In this document: piece after piece, positions 43,701 through 56,829 of the stretch | How the letters are laid out: the number at the start of each line of letters is the position of its first letter | How positions within the stretch are numbered: the stretch's first letter is position 1 | DNA from: Piromyces finnis finn | Lineage: Eukaryota; Fungi; Neocallimastigomycota | DNA length: 64,000 nt | Assembly: GCA_002104945.1 (NCBI GenBank) | Contig: MCFH01000042.1 | Location: 1-64,000 of the forward strand | Direction of reading: 5' to 3' | Notes under the pieces: model-generated | The model's database searches: none | The model's input: only the letters and a program-made list of their open reading frames with translations | What the model was told of the DNA's origin: nothing | Position numbers and translations under genes: made by a program

Positions 43701-45956
43701 ACGCTTGCTCTCTTATTAGTTCAAATTAAACTTCGTGGTAGTTCTGATCAATTGAATGAAGATGAATTTGAATTCTTAATTTCGGGTGGTGGTGATAATC
43801 CATCTCTTGAACATTATTCATCAAGTGTTGCAGATATTGTTGGTAAAGAAGTTGCCACTCGTTTATGTTCATACTTTGAACTACCATTCATTGCTGATAT
43901 TAATGATCATATCTCTAATAATAAGGAAGAATGGGAAAGATTTATGAATGATAGTTATGCTGAAAATTACATCCCAATATTCTGGGATAACAATGAAAAC
44001 TTAAGTATTCAAAGTCAATTCAGAAAACTTTTAATTATTAAATGTTTCAGACCAGATAGATTAATTGCTGCTACTAATCAATTCATTAATGTTGCTTTTG
44101 GCGATAACTTCAATCTTTACTCTGAAATTGATCTTAAATCAATTGTCCTTAGTGAAACTAACTGTAATACACCAATTGCTTTCTGTTCTGTTCCTGGATA
44201 CGATGTAAGTAATAGAATTGAAAAGTTTGCCCAATCTTCTAATATTAAATTAGTTTCATTGGCTATGGGATCTGCTGAAGGTTTCAATTTAGCAGAACAA
44301 GCAATTACTAACGCTTCAAAGAGAGGTACATGGGTTCTTCTTAAGAATGTCCATCTTGCACCACAATGGTTAAGTCAATTAGAAAAACGTATTCACAGTA
44401 TCAAACCAAATTCTGCATTCCGTCTTTTCTTAACTATGGAAACTAATCCAAAGGTTCCAATTAATCTTCTTAGAATGTCAAGAGTTCTTATGTTCGAACC
44501 ACCACCAGGTATTAAAGCCAACCTTCAAGAAACTCTTCGTAGTATTTCTTCTAATCATAGCTTTGACGGACCAGCAGAACGTTCTCGTTTACACTTCCTT
44601 CTTGCTTGGTTACATGCTGTTGTTCAAGAACGTCTTAGATACGCACCTTTGGGTTGGACCAAAACTTACGAATTCAATGATTCTGATCAAGAATCTGCCC
44701 TTGATACTATTGATTTCTGGATTAATGAAGCCTCACAAGGTCGTTCCAACATTGCACCAAACTTAATTCCATGGGATGCTATTAAAACCTTAATCAAGGA
44801 AACAGTTTATGGTGGTAAGATTGATAATGAATTTGATCAATATCTTCTTGACTCTTTTGTTAATTACCTCTTCACACCAAAGTGTTACGAACTTGACTTT
44901 GCATTAGTTAAATTTGAAGATGGCACCACTTTAACTATACCAGAAGGTACAAAGGTTGAACAATTTATGGAATGGGTTAATAAATTACCAGAACAACAAC
45001 CAACATGGCTCGGTTTACCAAGTCATGCTGAAAAATTATTATTAGCTATTAAGGGTAACAACATGCTTTCAAAGGTACGTCAAATGAAGAGTATTACTGA
45101 TGATGAAACTGTCTATGCCCAAGATGAAATTGAAAATGACAACGAAAAGAATTTACAACCAAGCTGGATGAAAACTTTATACCACCTTGTCAATAATTGG
45201 TTAACTGTTATACCAGAAAGCTTAAGTACAATGATCCAAAACGAAAACAGTATTCAAGATCCACTCTTCCGTTTCTTCAACAGAGAAAATATTATTGCAC
45301 AAAAGTTATTATCAAAACTTCATCAAGATCTTAAGAATATTCAACTCATTTGCGAAGGTAAAATTCAACAAACAAATTATCTTCGTAAATTAATGGATAC
45401 CTTAAATAAGGGTCTTATCCCAACTGAATGGAGACAATACAAGGTCTGTAAGGATATGACTATAAACCAATGGATTAACGACTTTGCTCGTAGAGTCCAA
45501 CATTTAGAAGAAATATCACAAAAATCAGAATTTGACAATATCCCAGTTTGGATTGGTGGATTGTTCATTCCAGAAGCTTACATTACAGCTACACGTCAAG
45601 CTTCTGCTCATAAGAACCAATGGTCATTAGAAGAACTTGAATTAGAATTATCAATTGATCCAAGTGATAAGGAAGGCTTCACTTTAATTAACTTAACCTT
45701 AGAAGGTGGTTCCTTTGACCAATGTATGTTAAATATTTCATCAAAGACTGTTACTGAAATTCCATCTATTCAATTGAAATGGATTAAGAAGGGAGAAGAA
45801 CTTCACACCAATTACATTACCCTTCCTGTCTACCTTAATGAAGATCGTACTGATTTATTATTCAGAGCTAAATTTGATACTACTGATGAACAAAAACAAA
45901 ATATTATTCAACATAGTGTTGCCATTATCTCTTCTAATAATAGATTAGCTATTTAA
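31724..45956 (+). CDS. DYN1: Cytoplasmic dynein 1 heavy chain, 2 exons, ~4636 aa
   Basis: Exon 1 is 31724-31967 (g|gtaaat) and exon 2 is 32290-45956 (ttattag|ag), total 13911 nt. Four P-loops: GPAGTGKT, GPSGSGKT, GPPGSGKT and GVSGSGKT. AAA1 context [29 protein letters not shown]. Stalk/MTBD KKQQLTEVRAMGNPPDAVKMAMESVC. The N-terminal tail and C-terminal domain are of the cytoplasmic-dynein-1 type. Confidence 0.98.
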
Positions 45957-46261
45957 CTTATTTAAATAATAATTTGTAAAAATAAAAGAATAATGAAAAA
46001 AAAAATAATAATAATAGATATAGATATAACATCTAAATATGAAATTAATAAAAAAAAAAAAATATAAAATAATAATAATTTTATAATGTATTTATCTGTA
46101 AAATAAAACTCTGCAATTATATTAAAAATATTAAAAAAATAAATAAATAAATAAATAAAAATAAAAATAAAAATAATAATAAAAATAAAAGATTTTTAAA
46201 ATATTTTTATTATAGTAAAAGTTACATTAATGAAAATTGTCTATATAAAATAAATAGGAAT

Positions 46262-46296
<35 letters not shown>

Positions 46297-46685
46297 ATTA
46301 AATATAAGCTCTATATTATTTAACAGATTTTTTAGTGATTATAATAAAAAGTAAGTAATAATATATATTTATATAATTAAATAAAAATAAATTGATTTCT
46401 ACACAGTTTAATGATTAAATATTTTATAATGGATATAAATATATAGTTGTGTGTAAAAGTTTATTTTATTTTTTATCTTTTTTTTTAATAATTGAAAATT
46501 TTTTGTATTTCAATATATTTTTCTATTATATATATATTTTTACAATTAATTTTATTGTTTATATAAATATTATACTAAATGTATATTCTATAATGATATC
46601 TTTGTTAATTTAAGTAAAACTTGTGTTTTAATATCTATTTTATATATTAAGTGTGTGTATTAAATATTGAGCTAATAAATTATGC

Positions 46686-48355
46686 TTAACAACTCATTCC
46701 ATTATTTAAGTTTGAACTCCAACCATAGAAACCAAATGTACCTAAAATAACAAATTGAGCTGCTACAATTGAAGTAATACAATAAGCGTATAAACTTTTA
46801 GTTTTTAATGCGTTTAATTCATTGGCAAATGTTGAGATTGTTGTTAAGCAACCTTTTAAAAAAATTTTATATTTAAATAAAAAAAAAAAAATTAATAATA
46901 TATTTGTATATTTTAAAATATTGATAATTCATATAATGTTAACTATATGCTTTATAGTTCATTTTTTATTGTTTAAAAGATAATTACCACAAAAACCATC
47001 ACCGACAGCTGTAATAAAATGACATAAAAATTCATGATGATTTAAAGAGTATCTCAAAATATTAAATACAGCAAGACATAATGTACCCATAATATTAGCA
47101 ATGAAAGTACCAAATGGGAAATTTTGGAACATTTTATTTTTCGATGATAAGAAATATCTTATTAAAGCACCTTTTTAGAAGGGAAAGAAAAATAAAACAT
47201 TATTTATTTTTATTAAATTAATGATAATAATATTAATAATATGATAAAAAAATAATGATAATAAATATCGCAAATTATATATAATATTAATAATCATTAG
47301 ATATATATTTACCAAATGGGGCTAACAAGCAACTTAGCCATACTTTACGAATATCACCATCAACAATGGTTAATACTAATGTAAGAATTAATAAGCCTGC
47401 TGTAATACCTGCATAAATAAAGAATTTTGTTGACATTTTTGGTTTTTCACGTTTAATAGTAGTAGGTACTTCTTCTTTATTTGAAAATGGTAAAAATTTC
47501 CCTATATGATATCCAAATTTAATTAATGCAGTGTATGCGGTTAAACTAACAATTATTTCTAATAAACCACTACATATCTGTCAGTATTATTTATATTGTA
47601 ATTATTTTATATATTGTATATAATGTATCGAATAAATTTTAAATATTAAAGATTTATATTATTAATTGAAATATATATATAATTTGAAATGTTAATTTAT
47701 GAATAATATGTTAGTATTTGGTATATTTCTACTGTTATTAATTAAGAAAATATAATTCTGATTCATATTTACATTTCTATAAGAATAAGAAGTAAAATGA
47801 GGTAAATTAAATATATCTTTAAATACTGCCATATTCCATGAACTAAAGGTTGTTATTGAACCTATTTAAATCAATAATTAATGATTTGTGTATATATTAC
47901 TACTAGTATATATATATAAATATATTTGTATATTTATATACAAACCACATAATCCAGTTGTAAGACCAAGATAAACTGCATATTGCCTATTAAAATTTTA
48001 AAATTTGAATACAAATTTTTAAATATGTTAATACAAAACATTTATAAATTTTTTTATATTATGATTCTTACCATCCACTTATAGTATTTTTGAAAGCATT
48101 AACAAGTCCAAGTAAAATACAACTACAATTAATTAGAATATTATAACCATTAATAGTTATTAATAGAATTTTCATTCAAATTTTAAAATTTAAAATTTAA
48201 TAATTTAATTATATTTACCCAATAGAATTTGGAAGAATAAATGGCAAATGAATAAATAATTCACTTTCAATTTTATTAAGTTCAATTCTAATAAGAACAC
48301 CAATTATAGCAAATAAGGCTATAGACAAATAAATATGATATATATTTTCTTCCAT
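46686..48355 (-). CDS. FEX1: Fluoride export channel FEX (fused two-domain Fluc/CrcB), 7 exons, 310 aa
   Basis: Not in the ORF track. Exons 48355-48219, 48122-48072, 47986-47946, 47861-47773, 47577-47313, 47170-46988 and 46852-46686 sum to 933 nt with no stops. Domain 1: AIIGVLIRI, LPNSIGCILLG, GLTTGLCGSITTFSSW. Domain 2: LAPFGALIRY, FPFGTFIANIMGT, DGFCGCLTTISTFANEL. Confidence 0.92.
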
Positions 48356-50220
48356 TTTAAATATTTTTTATTTCAATTTTTTCTATTTCAACTATAAAAT
48401 ATTCCCATAGAAATAAAATATTGTATTATAGATAACAAATATTATATAATGCATATATAATATATATAATATAAATTAATAATTAAATTATTTAATACCT
48501 CATTCTTTTATTTTATTTAGAATTTCTTATTTTATAATAAATATTATTAATTTGAAATTACCTCTTTTTTTTTTAATAAGCTTTATATTTAAAGAAAAAA
48601 ATCCCTTATGAATATAAAAAAAATAATTTTTAAAACTATATTTTTATCATGTGTTATCATATATATATGTAATAAATGTATAGTTTTATTTAGTCTTCGA
48701 AACTCTAATTATTATATATTTTATCATAATTAATGGTATAGAATAAAAACTAGATTTTAAATTATTATATAAAAATAGCCTTAAATTGGAGAATTCTTTA
48801 GTTTTCAGTAGTAGCATTATTTAAAATAGAATGTACATAATATATATTTATATATAAAATCTTTTTTTTTATTTAAATATTTTATATTAGAAAAAACAAT
48901 ATAGTTAATAGTATAGTTAAAGGGGAAAAAGTAGGGAATTCAAATATTAACTTATAATTGAATAATTAGCATTAATAAAGAAACTGTTTATTATAACATG
49001 AACCAATGGATTTTTAAACTATAAAAATAAAATCATCATTTTTAATCTTTATAGTTACAAATGATTTAAACTCAATAAATACATATTTTATACTTTAAAA
49101 AAAATGATAATATTTCTTCATTTTTCTTTTCTCTTTCTTCTTAATAAGGTAATTCTTCTGTGCATTTCAGCTACTTGTCAGCCTAATCATTTTTTTTTTA
49201 CTAATATAAAGGACGCCACATATTAAAGGTATGACAATTAAAATCTAAAAAAGATTTATTCAATTATTAAATTTTATTTGATTAAAATATACTATACAAT
49301 ATATAATACAATAGATTATAACCAATAGATTATCATTTATGTTTTGATGTTAAAGGAAATTTTTTAGTTATAAAATAAATTTTGTAATACATTTAATTAG
49401 ATGGATGAATAGTATTCTAATATATGATTCTTATATATTATTATATTAATTTTATTGAATGGAAATAAATTATATGAATTTAATATTTGAATCAATAAAC
49501 ATTAAATTATGCATATTATATATAAATTTTTTACTGCATCACTCTCATTATTTCTTATTTCTTATGATATGGTAGTATTTTTACCTATAATATTTTTTAT
49601 TTATCAAGAATATTATTGTGTATATAATAAAATATAGTTTAAGCATATTATTGTTATACATTGATTAAAAAAGTAAAAGCAAAAAAAAAAAAAGATTTTT
49701 AGTCCTATTCATAATGTTTATAAGAATTAAATAAAGAATAAATATTATTAGAGTTTAGAATTAGAAATGTGTATAATTTTAATAAATATAAATTAATATT
49801 TTATTATAAAAAAGTATAACTCAAATTAATTAGTTTGATTTTGATGAATGAATCATATTATATATTTTATTATATATAATATATTAATTAATTTAATTAT
49901 TTGATTAATAACTAAATTATAGAGAAGTTTAACTTTTTTTTTTCTTTACAAATTTTAAAACCTTCAAAGTAAATATATAATAATGTGAGTCTTTATATTT
50001 ACGTTGTAAAAAATAGTTAAAAAAAAAAAATGTGAATTTTCAATAAAATAAATTAATAGTGTTTAAAAAATATATATATAAAATCGATAAATATTAACCT
50101 TAAATTTCAAAATTATAAATTCAAATCAAATAAATAAACAATTAATAAATTATATATAAATATTAATTTTACTAAATAATATTAATATTATTGCAAATAT
50201 GGATATTTTAAATAGCTAAA

Positions 50221-52681
50221 ATGTCTTTTTTTGTAAGACCATCAAAGTTTAGACACGTATTCGGTACTCCATACAGAAGACCAGATTGTTATGAGTAAAT
50301 TTCAATTTTAAAAAATATTAATAAATTAATGATTTGTCAATTTTAAATCATTATTGTTATTATTTATACATTATTCAATACAACATATCAAATAATTTTT
50401 CTTGAAATTAAAATTATATTTAACTGAAATCTTTTAAAATAATAAATAGAAATCTTCGTATTACTAGAAATGCTTGGGATACCAACTTAGTTAAAGTTAA
50501 TCCATTGTAAATATCAAAATTATTATTTTAATAATATTTATATAATATATCGCAAAAATTTCATTAATCAAACAAATTTTGATACAACTATTTAAAAGAT
50601 TCATTTCTGTTAATCTTCAATCTGGTGGTGGTGGTACATTCACTGTTATTAAGCATGAAAATACTGGTAAACTTCCAGATAATTTACCATGTTTCAACGG
50701 TCATTCAGCCAGTGTACTTGATACTGGTATATATTTTATTTTGATTTTACATTTTAAAATAAAAAAAATTAAATTAAATTATGACTATTAATTTAAAAAA
50801 ATAAATTTTATTACTATATGTTCAATAACAATAAAAATTTCATAAGACTTCAACCCATTCAATGACTATATCATTGCTTCCGCTTCTGAAGATACCAAGG
50901 TTATGGTTTGGAACATTCCAGAAACTGGTCTTACCGAATCTATTAACAAGCCAATTTTAACTTTAGAAGGGTAATCTTCTTAATAATTAATATATTTATT
51001 ATTACATATAATCCATATGTTCAAAAAAATATTAAATGAAATTTAAATAAATAAACTAACAATAATTATGAAAATATATTAACATAGTCATAAGAAAAAG
51101 GTTGGACATGTTTTATTCCATCCAACTGCTGATAATTTATTAGCAAGTTCTAGTGCCGATATGACTGTTCGTTTATGGGATATTAGTAAAGGTGCTGAAA
51201 AGCAAAATATTGAATGTCATCAACAACTTGTTCAATCTCTTGACTGGAACTACAATGGTGATTTATTACTTACTTCTAGTAAAGATAAGAAACTTAGAAT
51301 TATTGATGCTAGAACTGGAAAGGTTTCTTCCGTAAGTTATATAACTCCTTTAAAAAATATAATAATAAATAATAAATGTATATAGATAATGTAACTTATG
51401 GCCTGATATTATATGAATTTTTTCATTATTGCTAAAAAGGAAACAAACAGTCACCAAGGTATTAAAGGTTCTAGAGTTTGCTGGCTTGGTGATTCTGACA
51501 AGATTGCTACTACTGGTTTCAGTAGAATGAGTGACAGACAACTCTTCTTATGGGATGCTAAGAACTTAAAAGAACCAATTAAGCAAGAAGCTATTGATAC
51601 TAGTTCTGGTATTTTAATGCCATTCTACGATAATGATACTAAGCTTCTTTACCTTGCCGGAAAGGTATTTCAAATATTATATTAAAAGTTATCACAAAAT
51701 AACTATTATACATTTCTGTATTTTAATTGATTTTTTTATCCTTTCAGGGTGATGGTAATATTCGTTACTACGAAATTGTTGATGATGATACTATGCTCTA
51801 CTTTATTTCTGGTAAACTCAATATTATTCAAATTAATTTTTAATACCACCAATTTTACTCTTTTATTTTCTCAAAATTAATCTTTATTTCAAAAATAATA
51901 TCCCATACATAATAATATACAGAATTCAAATCATCTGAACCACAACGTGGTATGGGTTTCCTTCCAAAGCGTGCTGTTAACACTAATGAAGTTGAAATTG
52001 ATCGTTTATACAAGCTTCAAAACAATTGTATTGAACCAATTTCTTTCAAGGTTCCAAGAAAGGTAAGCAAACATTTAAATAATTTAATATAAATATTAAT
52101 TTATGCACTTTTTATTCAAATATATTTTTATCGATTTATACCTTATCCATCACTAAAAAAAAAACAATACAGTCTGATGCTTTCGCTAGTGACATTTACC
52201 CAGATACTATTGGTGACAAGCCAGCTCTTACATGTGAAGAATTCTTCAATGGTAAATCTGCTAAGCCAATTTTAATTAACTTAGAAACTAAATTTAAGCC
52301 AAGTGCTAAGAAAGAATTAAAGATTGATGAAAATGAAGTTAAGGCTAATGCTGAAAAGAAAAAGGCTGCTGCTGAAGCTGAAAAGAGAAAATCTATTTTA
52401 GACACCAAAGAAGTATGTAAAGAGATAAAATAGAGATAGTTATATAAAAATAATTATATATAAATTTTAATTAAATTTTTTAAATACTTAATTTATATTC
52501 TAACGCTCTAATATTAAAATTCAAATTAATTTTAAAAAATAATGCTTTTCTATGAAAGTTAACTACTAAATGTGAAACTCTTGAAAAGGAAAACAATACT
52601 CTTCGCGATACCGTTAAGGAACAAGAATTAAAGATTAAGGAACTCGAAAGAGAACTTCACAGATTAAGACTTTTCCGTTAA
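50221..52681 (+). CDS. CRN1: Coronin (actin-binding WD40 protein), 10 exons
   Basis: Starts MSFFVRPSKFRHVFG (coronin N-terminal signature). WD repeats include [44 protein letters not shown] and HQQLVQSLDWNYNG. It also has LYLAGKGDGNIRYYE, EPQRGMGFLPKR, PISFKVPRKSDAFASDIYPDT and a C-terminal coiled coil LTTKCETLEKENNTLRDTVKEQELKIKELEREL. Stop at 52679-52681. Confidence 0.96.
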
Positions 52682-54752
52682 ATTAGTTTAATAATTTTGA
52701 AGTAAAGAATTACTATTTTAAAAACAAAATTTAGATAAAATTAATATCGATATCAACCCCAATATTATTAAAATACTTTATCATCACTAATTATTGTAAA
52801 TGATGATTAGACTACCAAGAAATAATAGTTTTATTTTTATTATAATTGACTTTTTTTTCATAATTTAAAAATATATAAAATAATTAAAATTATTGTTATT
52901 GTTATTATTATTTTAACACTGTCAATGAAATATCTTTCATACTTTAATTTATAGACATTTTATTTTTGTTTAAAAAAAAAAAGAGTAAAATAATAATATA
53001 AATAATAATAAACTAAAAAGAAAAAATTTAGAAAAAAAAAAAAATGAATAAAAAAAATTTTTTTAAAAAAAACTAAAATTTGCAATTACCTTTTCCCTTT
53101 ACCATATTAAAATCACATTAAAAATAATATATTTTAATATAAAAGATATATATAAGTAATTAGTAAAATAAATTATTTAGCGCCTTAACGTAAAATATTT
53201 ATTTTATTTCCTAAATATAATTTACCCTTTTTTAATAATCCATAAATTATATAGGATGCTAAAAAAGAATAATGATTTCCTTTTTTATTATTAACCTTTT
53301 TATTTCCTTTTCAATCATTAATTCTAAATATACTAAAGATGGTAATTATTTTATTTTATTTTTATAATATGAAATAATATCTATCAAAATAGTATAAATT
53401 AAATATATATATATATATATGGTAATAATAATAATATTATTATTATTTATTTATTTATTTATTTATTTATTAGTTTTATTATTATTTATTATTAATCATT
53501 ATTCATTTTTTCATCTTTTCCCTTTCACCACCTATTTTAATATTCATTTCACTTTCCATATTCATAAATTTATTTTCTTTCTCCTTTTTTAAAGTAAATA
53601 ATAATAGCAAGTTTATTTTTAATATTTAAATGAAAAAAAAAAAAAAAAAAAACTATTGAATGCTATCAATAAGAAATATATATATATCTTTCAATATTAA
53701 AGAGAAAGTATTATAAAAAAATAAAAAAAAAATATTATTATAAACCAAGATAAAAAAGATAAAAATAATTATATAATAAAAGATTTATAATTTCAACGTT
53801 AAAAAATTGTACTATTAATTTTGTTGGCATTATAAATGTATAATGGTAGAATTGCTAACTTTATTTAATAATAACAATTATTATGAAATAAATGATTTAG
53901 TTTTTAGTTTTTATTTTTGTTTTTTGTAAAAAAAAAAAAATGTTAAATGTATTATTAAACTTTAATACAATTACTAATTTATTTGTTTGTAAAAAATATT
54001 CCTACACTAACTTTGGATAAAACAAAAAAGAAAGCATATTAAATATTATATGAATTAAAAAATATAAACATAAAATAAATTTAAGCAACAAATATAAAAA
54101 ATAATACATATATATTATATCCTAATTTATAATTTATACAATTATTTAATATAGTAGAATAAAAAATCAATTTTCTTTAAAAAATAAAATAAAATTTTTG
54201 ATAAATGGATCATCCTTTGATCTACTATAGGTTAGATTATAATGACGGTTCAAGTAAAAAACTAAACCTCATTAACATTGATTATAATATAAATGATCAA
54301 CTCTATTGCTCTTTTTATATAAGCTTTTATAATTTATTTATTATTATTAATTATTATATTATGAAATAATGAATATTTATATAGCATAAAAAAATTAATC
54401 CATTAATACTTTATTATTATTAGGTTTATTGTAATAAAAATATTGTGGATTGTACCGTAATGTAATTATTAATATATAAATTATAAGTAACCAGAAAATT
54501 AGGAGAAAACTGTAATTAAATGTTCAAAATGAAATAAATAAAATAATCAAACTCTCTAAAAATATTTACAATTTTTAAGCATTTAACTTTTTTTATTATA
54601 ATAAAATATGCATATTTTTTATATAATATCGAAATACTTGTTTTATTAATTGTTCAAGTTGGAACTAAAAATATAAGTTTCTATAAAAGGCAAGTAACAA
54701 ATATTAATATAGAAAAATTAATTAAAGAATAAATGGTAGATTTAATTATTAA

Positions 54753-54783
<31 letters not shown>

Positions 54784-56286
54784 AAAAATAAATAAAAAAG
54801 AAAATAGTATGGATTAATGAACATAAAAAAAAATGTCATAAATATAAAAGTTTGCATTAAACGAATATATATATATATAAATAAATAAATATGTATATTT
54901 ATTAATTATTTAATGAACAAAAAGTTAATAATAATTTATTTTCAAATTTTTTTTTATTTTTCATTTGCCACAAAATAACACCAAAATCAAAAGTTTTTAA
55001 AGCTAAATTATAGCCAATTATTTTTTGATCATATCTATTTGATCCACTACCATAAAAAAAAACTTATTAATTGAATGTTTCATTTTTCATTCATTTACTA
55101 TTATAAAATATATTAATTATTTGAATAGAAAAAACTTTTAATTTATTTAATTATATATTTTCTATTCACTTATATATTATTTACTATTGTCAATTGTCCT
55201 AAAAACACCACCAACACCCAATACCCAACACCAACAATTAATAATAAATAATAAGAAGATACTTGTTCATTTTCTATAGAATATAATCGATTATTTCTTT
55301 AGTTGCTTATATATAATAATATATGAATATATATAAAATTTTTGAATTATTTTGAATTGGGGAATAAATTACATATATTACAATATATATATTTCCATAT
55401 TAATTTAAATGAAATAAACATGATGTTAATATCAATAATACAAATTCAATTGATTTTATTCAGTATAATGTAATATATTTATTCATATATTTTGGTTTTA
55501 AACTAAACTATAATGCAATATATGCTGATTATATATTAAATATCTCAAATAATAAATCATCACGGATTGTTAGATGAATATATAAAATAAATATATTTTC
55601 AATATTTCCAATTAAATTGGTTAGTATATTAAAAATATATTTATAATAAATTGGTGATAAAAAGGTTAATTTATTTAAGAATATTCATTTACATTTGTAT
55701 TATCTTTATCCTTTATTTTATTTATTTATTTAATAATAAAAAATTATAAATAATAGCAATAATAATAATTAATTAATTATTTTAATATATATAAAATAAA
55801 AAAGTATATCATTTAATTTTTTTATTTTTTTTATTTATTTATCAATTGCAAAGTTTCCTTTTTAATATCGAAAATAGCAATTTTGTAATATAATACTCTG
55901 TCAGTTTTAAATTGACTTTTAAAAGAAAGATTGCAATATCAATAAATATAATATTTTTAAAAAATTAAATAGCAATAAATTAATTTAAATAATAATAAAG
56001 AGATAATTATTTCTAAAGGTATATATTTATGATCTTTTTTAAAGTCTTACACAGACAACAACCTTTACTAATCAATATAAATAACTAAACTTTTTTTTTT
56101 TTTATTTTATTTTATTCACTTTTTGTATTTGATAACAATACTTGAAAATATATATATTTTATTTTACAAATAAATAAATAAATAAATAAATAAATAAAAA
56201 AAATGGAATAAATATCAATATGAAATTTTAAACAAACAAACAAACCAAAAAAAAAAAAGTATATAATATAAATAAGATAAATCAAA

Positions 56287-56790
56287 ATGTCTGTCGTATC
56301 AGGTGCTTCATCATCTAGAAAAGGAAAGGTAAATAAATATTTAAAAAAAAAAAAAAAAAAAAAATCTTTAATTAAGAAAATAGTATAAAATAAATAGTAA
56401 AAATATAAAAATTAAAGAGCAATAAATAGTGGAAACATAACACTTTATAAATAATATTAAAGAAATAATTTATATATTTAAGGCTATTTTTATTAATAAA
56501 CATAATGAAATAAAATTATATAAAATTATGAAAATTAATAATTTTCAGCAAATAAATTTATGAAAAATAAATATATTTTTTAAATTCCTAATGTAAACAT
56601 TTAATTTTATATAAAAGAATAAAACAATAATTTAATGATTGAATAAATAAATAATAAAAAAGTTGCATAACAATTGAATTTATATTATATGTAAAATCTT
56701 ATAATACTTTGTATAAATAAATTTATTTAAAACTGAATTTTTTTTAACAAAATAAAAAATACAATTATATTAAAATAAAATAAAATAAAA

Positions 56791-56829
<39 letters not shown>

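Noticed and set aside
33610-45568. Nested ORFs in dynein (33610, 37873, 40850, 42659, 44563, 45377)
   Set aside because: Short off-frame or antisense ORFs are expected by chance in a 13.7-kb CDS.
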